Origin: Octopus sinensis
Lineage: Eukaryota
DNA: 64,000 nucleotides
Assembly: GCF_006345805.1 (NCBI RefSeq)
Contig: NC_043008.1
Span: 49,476,001-49,540,000, forward strand
Reading direction: 5' to 3'
Shown piece after piece: positions 1 through 12,110 of this stretch (the first letter of the stretch is position 1; each line of letters starts with the position of its first letter). The translations under genes were made by a program, and so were the position numbers. Below the pieces are notes generated by a model. It had not been told where the DNA came from and did no database searches. It saw only the letters and a list, made by a program, of their open reading frames with translations.

Positions 1-210
1 GGTCATTGCCAGAACTGCCTGACCGACCCCCGTGCTGGTGGCATGTAAAAGCACCCACTACACTCTCGGAGTGGTTGGCATTAGGAAGGGCATCCAGTTG
101 TAGAAACTTTGCTAGATCAGATTGAGCCTGGTGCTGCCTTATGGCTCACCAGTCTCAGTCAAACCGTCCAATCCATGCTAGCATGGAAAGCGGACATTAA
201 ATGATGATGA
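1..210 (+). mobile_element. RTE-clade LINE/SINE 3' end (about 20 copies in the window, e.g. 6585-7075 -, 14540-14760 -, 17800-18095 +, 18960-19180 +, 24600-24990 +, 26600-26825 +, 53660-54022 -, 57400-57560 +, 60460-60750 -, 62300-62490 -)
   Basis: The shared motif GGTTGGCGTTAGGAAGGGCATCCAG...CCAACCCATGCTAGCATGGAAAGCGGACGTTAAA(TGA)n also terminates the coding RTE fragments in this window. Confidence 0.85.
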
Positions 211-589
211 AATAGGGGAGGATTAGTGACAGGAAGAGCATCCAGCCATAAAGGGTCTCCATCAACACTTGTTAATACAAGCAGAAAAGTAGATGAATGA
301 GTGGGGAATCCAGATGTTAAATCTGAGTTTATGGATGAAAACAAAATGACAAACTACAATGTGTTTTGGATCCTAAAATAATCCATTTTATTGATTTGAT
401 ATCTTAGAGATGAAAGATATTTTAAGAATATTAAATCATAAGCCATCACCAATAACATGAACGTTTGCTGCTGCCTCTGCTGCTTCTTCTTCTTCTCATC
501 CTTTGTTTTCTCCTCCTTGTAAATTAACAATTTTTTTCTTACCTCTACATTCTGCTTGACTTAAATTTAAATCCAAAACTCTTTTACAG

Positions 590-3500
590 AAATGGAAGTG
601 TGGAAACTCTGTATAAAAATATTGTCTACGCTCGTACACGGCCCTTGAGTGACCTTGGTCTTCGGGTAAGTAGAACCATTAACTTTGTCCTAAATTATGT
701 TAGGGTCAAAGTTACAATTTGCCAAATTGTTTGGATAGCCTATTACCTAAATAGTGAACATTTCTATCTCTTCGTTGACATGGCACTGAATTCCTTTCAA
801 CTTTAGACCATTCTCTCCCTAAACAACCAAACACAATTGGCGCAGTCTTCACATTTTGCCCTCTCCCTCTTTTCTAAATTTCAAATATTATCTGTTGATA
901 CTTTGTCCATCTCTCTTACTGGTTTTTATGCAAATCCCACCCTGGTTGATTTTGTCTTTTGGTGTTGATAAAATAAAGTCCCAGTCTAGTTCTGCGATTA
1001 ATGGTGTTGATCAACCCCTTCTTCTGGGCAAAATGCTTGGCAGTATTTCGTCCGTTTTCACGTTCTGAGGTCAAATTCTGCCGATGTTGACTTTGTCTTT
1101 CATCCTTTCGAGGTTGACAAAATAAGTACCAGTGGAATACTCGATGTAATCAACTTAACCCCCTCCTCTGAACTTGCTGGCCTAGTGCCAAAACTTGAAA
1201 TCATCATCATCATTCTGTTTGTGTCTGGGGAGAGCCATTCTCTTTTAGTGCCTTATAATTTAACACACTCACCGGTAAAATTTCCACTCATTTACTTATT
1301 TATTTTTCTAAATAAAAAAGAAATAAGTGGAAATTTTACCAGTGAGTGTGTTACATTATAAGGCACTAAAAGAGAATGAGTCTCTCCAGACACAAACAGA
1401 ATATGCTTCAACACACAAACTCACATAAAGAATCTTGCAAACCAAATCCCAAAACGAAATTATTATTATTATTTATTTTTCTATTTATTGTACCTAGGGC
1501 AACTTAAGTCCGCCAGGCAAAGAAGATCTCCAGTTAATCAGACATCACCTGACACAAATCAAATTAGCTTATTCACCTGTGAAAAAGTTGGAAAACCTTC
1601 TGGCTGCAGCATATTGTATTACCAACTGCGTAAGTAAATTATTTGCTGTATAACCTCAGTGTTTGTTCATGGTTGCTGTTGATGTTGTTGTTGTTGCTAT
1701 GGACATCAGTGATGACCCACCAAGCACTTCCAAATGTTTGTTGATACTATACATTCACGCATCGTAAATGGTCGAGTGTTTAATGTTTCATCACCAAAAG
1801 TATCCATCCATGGGGGATCGTGCATGGTCATGTGGTTAAGTTCACTTTGCTGTCATCTGATTTTGCATTTGGTTCAAATGCTCAGCAGCTTCAGGTATGG
1901 CCCTGGACTAACCAATTCCTTATGAAAGAATTTGTTGGTCAGAATCTTTGGGAAACTTGTTATATAGATGCAGGAGTGGCTGTGAGGTAAGTAGCTTGCT
2001 TTCCAACCTCATGGTTCCGGGTTCAGTCCCACTGTGTGGCACCTTGGGCAAGTGTCTTCTACTATAGCCTCGGGCCGACCAAAGCCTTGTGAATGGATCT
2101 GGTAGGTGGAAACTGAAAGAAGCCCATCGTATATATATGTTTGTCCTCTCACCATCGTTTGACAACCGATGCTGGTGTGTTTACGTCCCCGTAACTTGGT
2201 TCGGCAAAAGAGACCGATAAAATAAGTACTAGGCTTACAATGAATAAGTCCTGGGGTCGATTTGTTTGGCAAAATGCGGTGTTCCAGCATGGCCACAGTC
2301 AAATTACTGAAACAAATAAAAGAATATTCCACACTCTTCACAACTCGAGTGGAGTGGGGCTCATGTGAGCATCCCTTGTTGATTTTATGACCAGTCACTC
2401 TGTACTTTGAAAGACTTGCGAAGTAAAGAAGTCCCTTGCATGCAAAACAGCCGAAGGTTGGCAACATGAAGAGCATCCAACTTTAAATAATCTCCTCCCA
2501 AACCGTAGCTAGAATGGCAAATGGACATGGAATGAACAAATGACACAAAGAAGCTGGAGTAATGATGTCAATATTTTTATCAAAGACATTTCTAGCATAA
2601 AGTCTGTCTTGTAAGCCTAGTACTTCTTCTATCGGTCTCTTTTGCCGAACCAAGTTACGGGGACGTAAACACACCAGCATCGGTTGTCAAGCGATGTTGG
2701 GGACAAACAAACATATATAATACGATGGGCTTCTTTCAGGTTCCACCTACCAGATCCACTCACAAGGCTTTGGTCGGCCAGAGGCTATAGTAGAAGACAC
2801 TTGCCCAAGGTGCCACGCAGTGGAACTGAACCCGGACCCATATGGTTTTAAGCAAGCTACTTACCACACAGCCACTCCTGCACCTATATAACAAGACAGA
2901 CTGGTCCATTAGGCTGGGACTTCTGTACCATTTTCCATGACATTTAGGCAACTGTGGTAGGGTTCTTGCATTTTTGGCTGAATAGACTGAAACATGTAAG
3001 GAACAGTTTATTGCCCGGCCTGAGAGTTGAACTTACTTTCATTAGCTTCACACCTGAATCATTAATCCATGCACTATGCCATGTCATAAATGAAAGGTAA
3101 TACACTACAAGGAATTGAAACTGTTACTGATTTGTTCAGTGAAATCTTCTTCCTGCTCTATGATATTCTCCATATATAATGACCCTTTTTTTAAAAAGTT
3201 ATAAAAAATGCCTTATTAAAAACCTGGTTTGAAATCTTGACCTTAATCACTTCCTTAAACCTTTTGACACCAACCAGCCAGACACTGCTCCTGGGTTCTA
3301 TGATACAAACTTTGTTTTAAAGTGCTTTAAATTAAAACTTTCCATCAGAATTTCATGTTATGTTCCAAAAGCCAACATGATGACGACAAAGTTATTTTAT
3401 GAATCAAAAGTGATTTTCAACAGAGAAATGGTGAGGAAAAGGGTCCGGTTGAAGTGAATTAAATCCTTCCATCAAGATTTCATATCATCTGGTTTATTAT

Positions 3501-5162
3501 TTTAACACCTGTGGCTGGGTTTTAGTGCTTCCAATAACCACGAAGCCAATCCTTGCTCACATCCTTTGCATCTACAGTCTCAGGACATAAATAAAAAAAA
3601 AAACAACAACAAAAAGCAATTTTTTGAAACTAATTCTTGAAATAAAATATTATGAACTGAAATAAAAAAAAAAAAAAAACCAAGAGTAAACCGTTTCGTC
3701 TTTCTCTTTTTTATTTCATAGTTAAACAGCCAGTCTCTGGATGGAAGAGGAAGTGGTTCCGTTCAGACTGATGGTATGTATTTTATTTTGAAGATATTTT
3801 GATTCAGATTAAAATATTGTAGAGCAGGGATTCTCAGCCAGGGTCCACATGACCCTTGCAAGTCCATGTCAGGGTTTGTTGTCAAAATTTCTGTGCAATA
3901 AATTGGTTCTACACAAAATATTTCTAACTGTAATAATAAATCTCTGAACGAGGTATACAGTTGCATAGAGTTTTTCGAGATCAGTGACGGAAAGTTACTA
4001 GACAAACGATATAAGTATTTGCATTGGGACCCCCTTCATCGAAAACCGGTGATTGTCGTACGCTGACGACAGGTCAAAACCTAGAAACTGCAGTCCGTGC
4101 GTATCACTTAGGTTGACGAGGGAAGGGTGACCTCCCTTTGCAAATACCATAAGGGCACAGAAAGTGTGCCTAAAGTCAGCTGGAGACGATGTTCTCCTGG
4201 GGCTACAAGCTACAGTAACACCCACCCTTAGTGGTTAGCCATATTGAAATGGCAAGTATACCTCACATTTCTAACAGTGTTTTATACAATTCTTAATAAT
4301 ATTTAATTATAAAACTATGAGGTCTGATCAATAAGTATCTGGACTGTTGCTATAATAATGAAGCTAAAGCACACAGAGTGAAACTGCTTGGCACAGATTG
4401 ACCTTGGACTCTGCTGTGCATGGGCACTAAGTTTTAACATTCTAGCTCACTTCTGCTGTTTACGGCAGTGCTTGGAAGGAAGGTGTGGTTTCTGAATTAC
4501 TTTAAAGATGGGACGATTTGTGTGCTTACACTGCAGATTTCCGCTCATACAATTGTACACTCGTACTGTGAGGTTCTACTGTATATACATACACATATTT
4601 AATGTAGTATATGCGTATTTAAGGTAAAATATGCAAACTTTTAAGGCATATGTAAAAAGAAGGAAATCAATATCACAAGTCTTTTGGTTTTGTTAGTTTT
4701 AATTTTTTACATCTCAAGAGGATCTTATCATAAAGAAATATCGTTTTTTTTGCACCGTTTCAGACTTCCTTCCAATGTTGACCTATGTAATAGTTGATGT
4801 GGGTCTTGTCACAGCTGAAATAGAAGCCGATTATATGTGGGGCCTACTTCATAGTTCCCAGGTCACAGCTGAAGCTAGCTATTACCTCTCGACATTAAGC
4901 AGTGCTGTTCTCTTACTTAAGATCTTCAAAGAAACACACCAAACAAATTCTTCTAATGGACATCAGGTAAGTTATTTCTGTACATTAAGTGGTTTTGCTG
5001 TTTTCATTATGCCATAAAAATTGTTAATGTTTATAAGTATAGGTGTAGGAATAGCTATGGGGTCCCAGGGCAAGTGTCGTCTACTAAAGCTGTGGGTTGA
5101 TCAAAGCCTTGTGAGTGAATTTGGTAGGCAGAAACTGGGGAGAAGCTTATCATGAGTGTATG

Positions 5163-5193
<31 letters not shown>

Positions 5194-8100
5194 AAACCAT
5201 CATCATCTTCATTTAGTGTCTGCTTTCCATGCTGGCATGGGTTGGATGGTTTGACAGGAGCTGGCAGAAACGTTAGCATGCCGGGCGAAATGCGTAACCG
5301 TATTTCGTCTGGCATAATGTTCTGAGTTCAAATTCCGCCAAGGTCAACTTTACCTTTCATCCTTTCGGGGTCGATAAATTAGGTACCAGTTACCCACTGG
5401 GGTCGATGTAAGCGATTTAATCTGTTTGTCCTCTCTCTGTTTAGTCCCTTGTGGGTAGTAAAGAAATAGGTTTGACAGGAGCTGGCAAGCAAGAGAGCTG
5501 CACCAGATTCCAATTGTCTGTTTTGACATGGTTTCTACGGCTGGATGCCCTTCCTATCACCAACTCCTTTACAGAATGTGATCGGTGCTAGCATGGGAGC
5601 TTTTATGTCACTCCAACATGGGTGCTTTTTATGACACTACATACATATATGCTGAGACCCCCTTCGATCGTGACTGACCGTGGGATTGCCCCTAGAAAGT
5701 TACCCTCCCAGGTACAAGTCCGGGCAAGGTTGTTTATGGAAGACCAGCAGTCGCCCATGCATACTGGCCTCTCCTCTCCACGCCACCAATGTTATCCAAA
5801 GGCAAAGGGGCCGATACAGCTTGGCACCTGTGACGTCGCAACTCATTTCTACAGCTGAGTGAACTGGAGCAACGTGAAATAAAGTGTCTTGCTCAAGATC
5901 ACTACACATAGCTCGGTCTGGGATTCGAACTTACGATCATAAGCTCGACGCTGTAACCCACTGAGCCATGCCCCTTCACACACACGCACATGAATACATA
6001 TCAAAAGGATGTGTTATAATACTATTCCACAGCGATACCAATAATCCAACATACCTCCATCATCAGCTGCCACACAGACATCATTATGGTTTCGACACCT
6101 GGGCAGTACCACTCAATCTGGCAGTGTCAAGGCACTAAAATAAGTGTTGTTTAGGATCAAACCAAAGAAACCACCCTCTCAAACACATTAACCTTATGTA
6201 CAACTGTATCAGTAAATAAATTCATCAAGTAAATTACAACCACTCCTAATATATATATATATATATACATACCTCAAAATGGGGTAACAAGGATGTGAGA
6301 AAGTGAAGTAGGATGTTGGATTGGTTCCATGACTCATTTTGTTACACTGGAAGCAATGTATGAAAATTTAAGAGATCCAATGCAATCCTTTAGTGATGTT
6401 GGTGGCTGAATACATGATAGTAACTTACCATAATTAGCTTCTTGATTACTTGCAGGGACATTATATTTCATTTTGCAGCCATAATATACTACCAAATATA
6501 TCAAACGTTTACATGCCAATGCTGTGTCCTGCCTGTGTTAGCAGGGCGATTCAATCACATTTATGTTTTCTCTACATCATCGTTTAACGTCCGCTTTCCA
6601 TGCTAGCATGGATTGGACAGTTTGACTGAGGGCTGGCGAACCAGATGGCTCCAATCTTGATCTGGCAGTGTTTCTACAGCTGGATGCCCTTCCTAACACC
6701 AACCACTCTGAGAGTGTAGTGGGTGCTTTTACGTGCCACCGGCACGGGGGCCAGTCAGGCGGTACTGGCAATGACCTCGCTCAAATTTGTTTTACACATG
6801 CCACTGGCAGAGGTGCCAGTAAGGTGATGCTGGTAACGATCCCGCTCGAATGGTGCCTCTTACATGCCACCAGCACGGAAGTCAGTTAGCCACTCTGGCA
6901 ATGATCATGCTCGGATGGTGCTCTTAGCACCCTACTAGCATGGGGCACAAGTGCCAGTAAGGCGAAGCTGGTAAGGATCACACTCGAATGGTGCCCTTTT
7001 ATGTGCCACTGGCACGGAAGCTGGTTAGCCACTTTGTCAACGATCACACTCGTATGGTGCTCGTGCCCGTCATCGAGATAACAGATAACATATTTCATAA
7101 TATATTGTTTGCAAAACGAAATACCGTTCTGTCTATTGAGATAACTTCAAAAATAACGAGCTTCATTTCTTCCCTTTCAGGGTCGGTTACCAAGTATCAG
7201 TGATATGCAAGGCTTCCTAAAGGTAGCATTTCCTGATGAATTTCGAGACAGCATTATTTGGAAGACCTGCCGATCAGACCAAATATGACCACAAAAGATG
7301 TTTGTAAGTATCATCATTATTATTATTGAGTGAGAGAGCAGAGTATGCCATCAAAGTGACACTGGGGTAAAATATACAAAGCCCAGTATATCCATCAGGA
7401 CTACCTGTGCGTGACTTGGTGATCTTATAGCATTTTGTCTGTCGCTACATTCTGAGTTCAAATTCTGCTGAAGTCAACTTTGCCTTTCATCCTTTTGGGA
7501 TCGATAAATTAAGCACCAGTGAAACACTGGGAGCAATGTAATTGACTAGCTCCCTCTGCCAAAATTTCAGGCCTTGCGCCTGTAGTAGAAAGGAGTATTA
7601 TTATTATTATTAAGGCATTGAGCTGGCAGAATTGTTAACACACCAGGCGAAACACTACGTTCTGAGTTCAAATTCTACTGAGGTTGACTCTGCCTTTTAT
7701 CCTTTCAGGATCAATTAAATAAGTACTAATTACGCACTGAAGTCAATGTAATTGACTTAATCCCTTCCCCTAAATTCGAGACCTTGTGCTTCCAGTAGAA
7801 AGGATGATCGTCATCATCATCATTATTATTAACGACTTCTTTTACTAAGTAATTATTACATATCCTCATTGCCTCACAGACCGATAAACGAGCTTCCCAG
7901 GTTTCCATTTGGAGTCTTTTAAACCAACCAGGTTTTTCACCATTATTAAAAAGATTAAATGAATAATACTAAATCAATGTATTTAAGTAGTAAAAGTGTG
8001 TTAAGCATATTAAATCCCTGTCATGGCTCTGTAGCTAATTTCAGTGTAAAAGCTTAATTTTTTTTCTCTAAATTAACACTCAATCAGGAATCGAATATTC

Positions 8101-10357
8101 ACACTAAATCTTATAGACTGACTCCCTTTGTTAACCCCCACTACTTTTTGTCACACATAATGTCATCCACACTTGGGATTGAAACAGTGTTACAGGAATC
8201 TATTGTGAATAGTTTGTTTTCTCTTCCTTCTGTCTACAAAGCACATTGTGTTTATTACTGAAAGGTTTTTGTACCTTTTTTATAAAAAAAAGTAATATTT
8301 TAATCCTCTTTTTTTATTTTTATATTTGAACAACTTAAGTTTGCTTCCAATCTATTTTCAGAAACTGCTTTAAGCCTTAACCATCTCTGTTTAGCAATAA
8401 CAAACAAGGAATACAGGACTTAACGGTCTCAATCAGATATCCAAGTCCGTGACCCTCTTGGATTTCTAAAAGATGAAAAACTTGTGACGTCTTTTGCAGC
8501 CTTATAGTTCTGTGAAACTATTCTTAGATTGCTAAACAGACGATGAGTCCTAAATTCTGTTTCATTGACTTTGTTACCTTAATAGAGGCACTTTTATCTA
8601 TTTTCAGGTGCCATGATTGCTCACAGATTCCGAATCACCAATCCACAAGACTATGGTTTATTTATTTTACTAAATGGACAAGGTAAGAACATAACATAAC
8701 ATTTATCACCTGTTGATTGACTTCGAAGTTACTTTCAGTAGCTGTCTAGTTTCTATTCCATTTCTATCTCTGTTTCTGTAGATCTACTGACCTCTTTAAT
8801 TATATTCTTTATATAATTTAGTAAACAGGAATATCAAATCTGGATGTTTCTGGTCTCTTTTCATTTTCTTTCCTTTTTTTTTGTAAAAAAATTAAACTGT
8901 AAACATATCTGGCATGGGTTGGGTGGTGGAGCAGAACACAACAAGCCTCAAGACTGCATTGAACTCCAGTGTCTGATCCAGCGGGCTTTCTATGACTGGA
9001 TGGCCTTCAGTGCTTTTTTCATGGCAACAACACTTAGGGAAGTTGCCAAATAACTTGCAACAGGGTGAGGATACAGTATTGAAGAGGGTAGCTTTGTGCC
9101 AGTATAATAGAGGAGGGACAGGAATGGGTGCCTTGCTGCAGAGGAGCAATAAGAATGTTTAGGGGGTCTGTATTAGATGGTTGAAATTATCCAATTCATG
9201 CAATAGTGATTTAATGCTCACCTTCCATCCCTGACATGGGTTGGATGGTTTGTCAGGAACTGGTTGGCGAGCTGGCAGAAGCGTTAGCACGCCGGGCAAA
9301 ATACTTTGCAGTATTTCATCTGCCGTTACGTTCTGAGTTCAAATTCCGTCGAGGTCGACTTTGCCTTTCATCCTTTCGGGGTCGATTAAATAAGTACAGT
9401 TACGCACTGGGGTTGATGTAATCAACTTAATACCTATGTCTGTCCCCTCTATGTTTAGCCCCTTGTGGGTAATAAAGAAATAGGAACTGGTCGGCCAAAG
9501 GACTGCACCAAGCTCCACTGTCTACGTTAACCTGGTTTTTATGACTGGATACCCAACCGCTTTACAGAGTGAGCTATCAATCAAAAAATAAATTTAACCC
9601 TTTAGCATCCAAACTGGTCATGTCAGGCCCTAATTAATATTCTGCCTGTTTTATAGCTAAACCAGCCAGATCCAGCCTCTCGCACCTACCCTACAATGTC
9701 ATTCTCACAAGAAATAATCACATTATTGAACATCAACATCAAAATAAAAATTCAAATGGAAATTGTAGTTAAGACACCCGTGCCAGTGTCACGTAAAAAG
9801 CACCGTCTGAACGTGGCAGATACTAGCGCCACCTGACTGGTGTCCGTGTCGGTGACACATAAAAGCACCAACCGATCGTGGCCGTTTACCAGCCTGCTCT
9901 GGCCCCTGTGCCGGTGGCATGTAAAAATCATCCACTACACTCACGGAGTGGTTGGCGTTAGGAAGGGCATCTAGCTGTAGAAACACCGCCAAATCAGACT
10001 GGAGCCTGGTGCAGCCTCCATGGCTTCCCAGACCCCGGTCAAACTGTCTAACCCATGCTAGCATCGAAAACGGACGTTAGATGATGATGATTGAACTCTC
10101 AAAGCTCCAAGATAATGCATGATTAATCCAAAGCAGTGTGACTAAATAAGCCTTGCCTTTGATGGAAGACTGAATGCTAAAAAGTTAATGCATCAATAAT
10201 AGTTTCTTTGTTTTGTATTTTAGAGAAATTCTTGGCTGAGACCACTTGTCCACAGAATATAAAGATGGAGAATACTGATGTGAAAAAGGAATGTATTTTC
10301 GCTTACAAGAGAATTGCTGCCAATATAGCTTGGCCTCACCACTGGCAAACAAGCTGA
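590..10357 (+). CDS. RIN2: 3' part of a RIN2/Sprint-like Ras and Rab interactor (VPS9 Rab5-GEF domain + C-terminal Ras-association domain). Exons 590-665, 1498-1629, 3722-3773, 4764-4966, 7181-7303 (1 nt short), 8608-8682, 10224-10357 (stop). The 5' part lies upstream of the window.
   Basis: All introns are GT-AG with compatible phases except for the 1-nt deficit in 7181-7303. The spliced translation gives ...AYSPVKKLENLL...QTDDFLPMLTYVIV...EADYMWGLLHSSQVTAEASYYLSTLSSAV (VPS9 motifs DDFLP-LTYV, EADYM, YYL) and then KT[L]PIRPNMTTKDVCAMIAHRFRITNPQDYGLFIL...CPQNIK...AYKRIAANIAWP (Sprint/RIN RA domain). Assignment to the RIN/Sprint family is from recall; exact orthology is not resolved. Confidence 0.9.
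1212..1402. mobile_element. Fold-back MITE/long inverted repeat (77 bp arms 1212-1288 and 1326-1402)
   Basis: The arms are reverse complements with few mismatches. Confidence 0.8.
1967..2325 (+). mobile_element. tRNA-derived SINE family A (other copies: 2585-2886 -, 12385-12785 +, 15095-15400 -, 22918-23845 +, 26210-26540 -)
   Basis: Head GGAGTGGCTGTG.GGTAAG...GGTTCAGTCCC, core GGCACCTTGGGCAAGTGTCTT, internal (TA/TG)n and tail GACTGAAACAAGTAAAAGA recur in all copies. Confidence 0.85.
4057..4101 (+). ncRNA. Type I hammerhead ribozyme-like motif with palindromic helix III (Penelope/retrozyme-type)
   Basis: CGTACG [CTGACGA] C AGG tcaaaa CCT A [GAA] ACTGCAGT C^ CGTGCG. Helices I and II pair, both conserved core boxes are present, and the cleavage triplet is GUC. 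No activity data. Confidence 0.7.
4316..4490 (+). mobile_element. Mariner-like 5' end/TIR remnant
   Basis: It begins TATGAGGTCTGATCAATAAGTATCTGGACTG, resembling mariner TIRs. Confidence 0.5.
5640..5975 (-). mobile_element. tRNA-derived SINE family C (related copies ~24150-24400 + and ~61440-61570 -)
   Basis: Minus-strand head GGCATGGCTCAGTGG...GTTCGAATCCC, then CTTGAGCAAGACACTTTATTTCACGTTGCTCCAGTTCACTCAGC. Confidence 0.7.
9265..9482 (+). mobile_element. tRNA-derived SINE family B (other copies: 5258-5468 +, 7430-7600 +, 7612-7805 +, 15422-15641 +, 18605-18790 -, 57625-57820 -, 1060-1200 partial)
   Basis: GGCGAGCTGGCAGAA...GTTCTGAGTTCAAATTCC...GCCTTTCATCCTTTCGGGGTCG...AAAGAAATA. TSDs are visible, e.g. 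AGGAACTGGT (9255/9482) and AGAATACTGCAATAA (15407/15642). Confidence 0.85.
9594..10188. mobile_element. TTAA-flanked piggyBac-type MITE with a nested RTE 3'-end element (9732-10089, TSD ATTGAAC)
   Basis: TTAACCCTTTAGCAT...ATGCTAAAAAGTTAA ends. ATTGAAC is duplicated at 9725-9731 and 10090-10096. Confidence 0.75.
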
Positions 10358-11689
10358 AAAACTGGACTCTATTTTTTGATCTGAAATTGTTTCACTTAAA
10401 TATTGTTGGTGTCCATGGAAAGTTATTAATGTGTTTTATACAACAGAAACTGGTGGTGGTGGTGATATCAATTCCCTCCACTTTCACTGGAGATCTCCAT
10501 CATGGAAACAGAAACAACTGACCCATTGAGCTTCAAAGAATTGTATCAATTCTATATTTCATTTGCCTCCCCCCCCACAAACTGCCCCCTCTCCCTTCCA
10601 ACAAATAAGTCTTTCATAATATTCCCTTATTTTTGTTTTAATTCCAAAGTGAAGTTTAATAAATGAAATGGATTGGTTAATGGAATTAAGGAAGGAGGAA
10701 GGATTGTCAAAGAAGTTCCACTCCCCCCTCCCTTAGTTGGATCTTCTCTCATACCATAACCCTCTTCAAAATGGAGAAGCTGGTGTTTTAAAATGGCCAT
10801 CCAGCTGTAAAATGATATGCCAAACACCACAGTCTGCAATTTACCATTATCCAATCTATGGAAATATTTGTAACAATAAAAGCAGAAAAAATGGTTTCAA
10901 AACCATGAAAAAATGCAAAGAAATCCTGTTTATGTTCAAAATTATTTGACTCAAAATTTTTAATAAAATTATGAAACCAAAGTTTCTGATAAGAATTTCT
11001 GAAAAGCTATATTTATGTAAAGATTAAATCTAGCTCAAAGTTATACTTTTGCAATTAGCATTAGGTTTTATACAATCGTAAATTTAAATTTTATATAAAA
11101 ATATTTTGAATTTTAAAAAAATTTATAAACAAATAACAGTAAAAGAGCTATATATATATATATATATATACATACTCCATTTTGGTAATTTTCTACTCCC
11201 CAGTTGCTATGCATTGTTGCAAATTGTGATGTAAATTGTAAAATGTTTATGCATCAAGCCATATTTATATGTAAAGAAAAATCAACATTAAAAAGAAGAA
11301 AAATTGATTTTCTATTTTGTATTGAATATATATTGGTAGAAAGAAATGTGATTGTATAGTGTTTATATTATGTAAAATGTGTTCCTAAATTATTCATTTG
11401 AACAATTCTGTCCTCTACATGCAAAACGAGGTTATCAGCTTGTTCAACACTATTCCTTACTATACACTGCCTTTTATTACCGTCAATATTGCCATACATC
11501 CAGTTTCCAAGCTGGCATGGATTGGCAGGAGTCATCACAATTTGAGTCTCCTTATCAGGAGCAACTGCTTCAATGGAGTCGGACTCGTGTCATTTGACTC
11601 GGTTTCGACTGACAAGATGTCCTTCACATCACCGTCTGACAGTCTGTTCACTGCATTTTCTCATGGCACCAACATGAGCTGTTGCTAAA

Positions 11690-12110
11690 TCCTCAGCATG
11701 GCCAGGCTAAAGGGACATCACAACCCTTTGCTTTTTCTGCTTGTTTGTCAATGTCTAGAATTGGTGCCTCGAGGACACGCACCCAGCACATTCTGTAATG
11801 TGGGTTAGCAGTAGGAAGGACAAGAGAAAGATTGATTGTTATTAATTGTGGCACTCCATTAGTTATGACAAGATTCAGTGTGATAAGGCCGGCCCTTTGA
11901 AATACAGGTACAACAGAAACAGGAAGAAAGAGCGAGAGAAAGTTGTGGTGAAAGAGTACAGCAGGGTTCACCACCAGCCCCTGCCGGAGCCTCGTGGAGC
12001 TTTTAGGTGTTTCTGCTCAATAAACACTCACAACACCCGGTCTGGGAATCGAAACTGCAATCCTACGACCATGAGCCCGCTGCCCTAACCATTGGGCCAT
12101 TGCCTCTCCA
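11690..12110 (-). mobile_element. tRNA-derived SINE (another family)
   Basis: Minus-strand head GGCAATGGCCCAATGGTTAGGGCAG...GTTTCGATTCCCAGACCGGG. Confidence 0.6.

Noticed and set aside
4020-4050. Minus-strand CGATGAAGGG..CCC resembling a second hammerhead core
   Set aside because: The core is mutated (no CUGA) and there is no GAAA or helix III.
6040-6110. Minus-strand GAAA...CTGATGA arrangement suggesting a type II hammerhead
   Set aside because: Helix II cannot form and helices I and III are poor.
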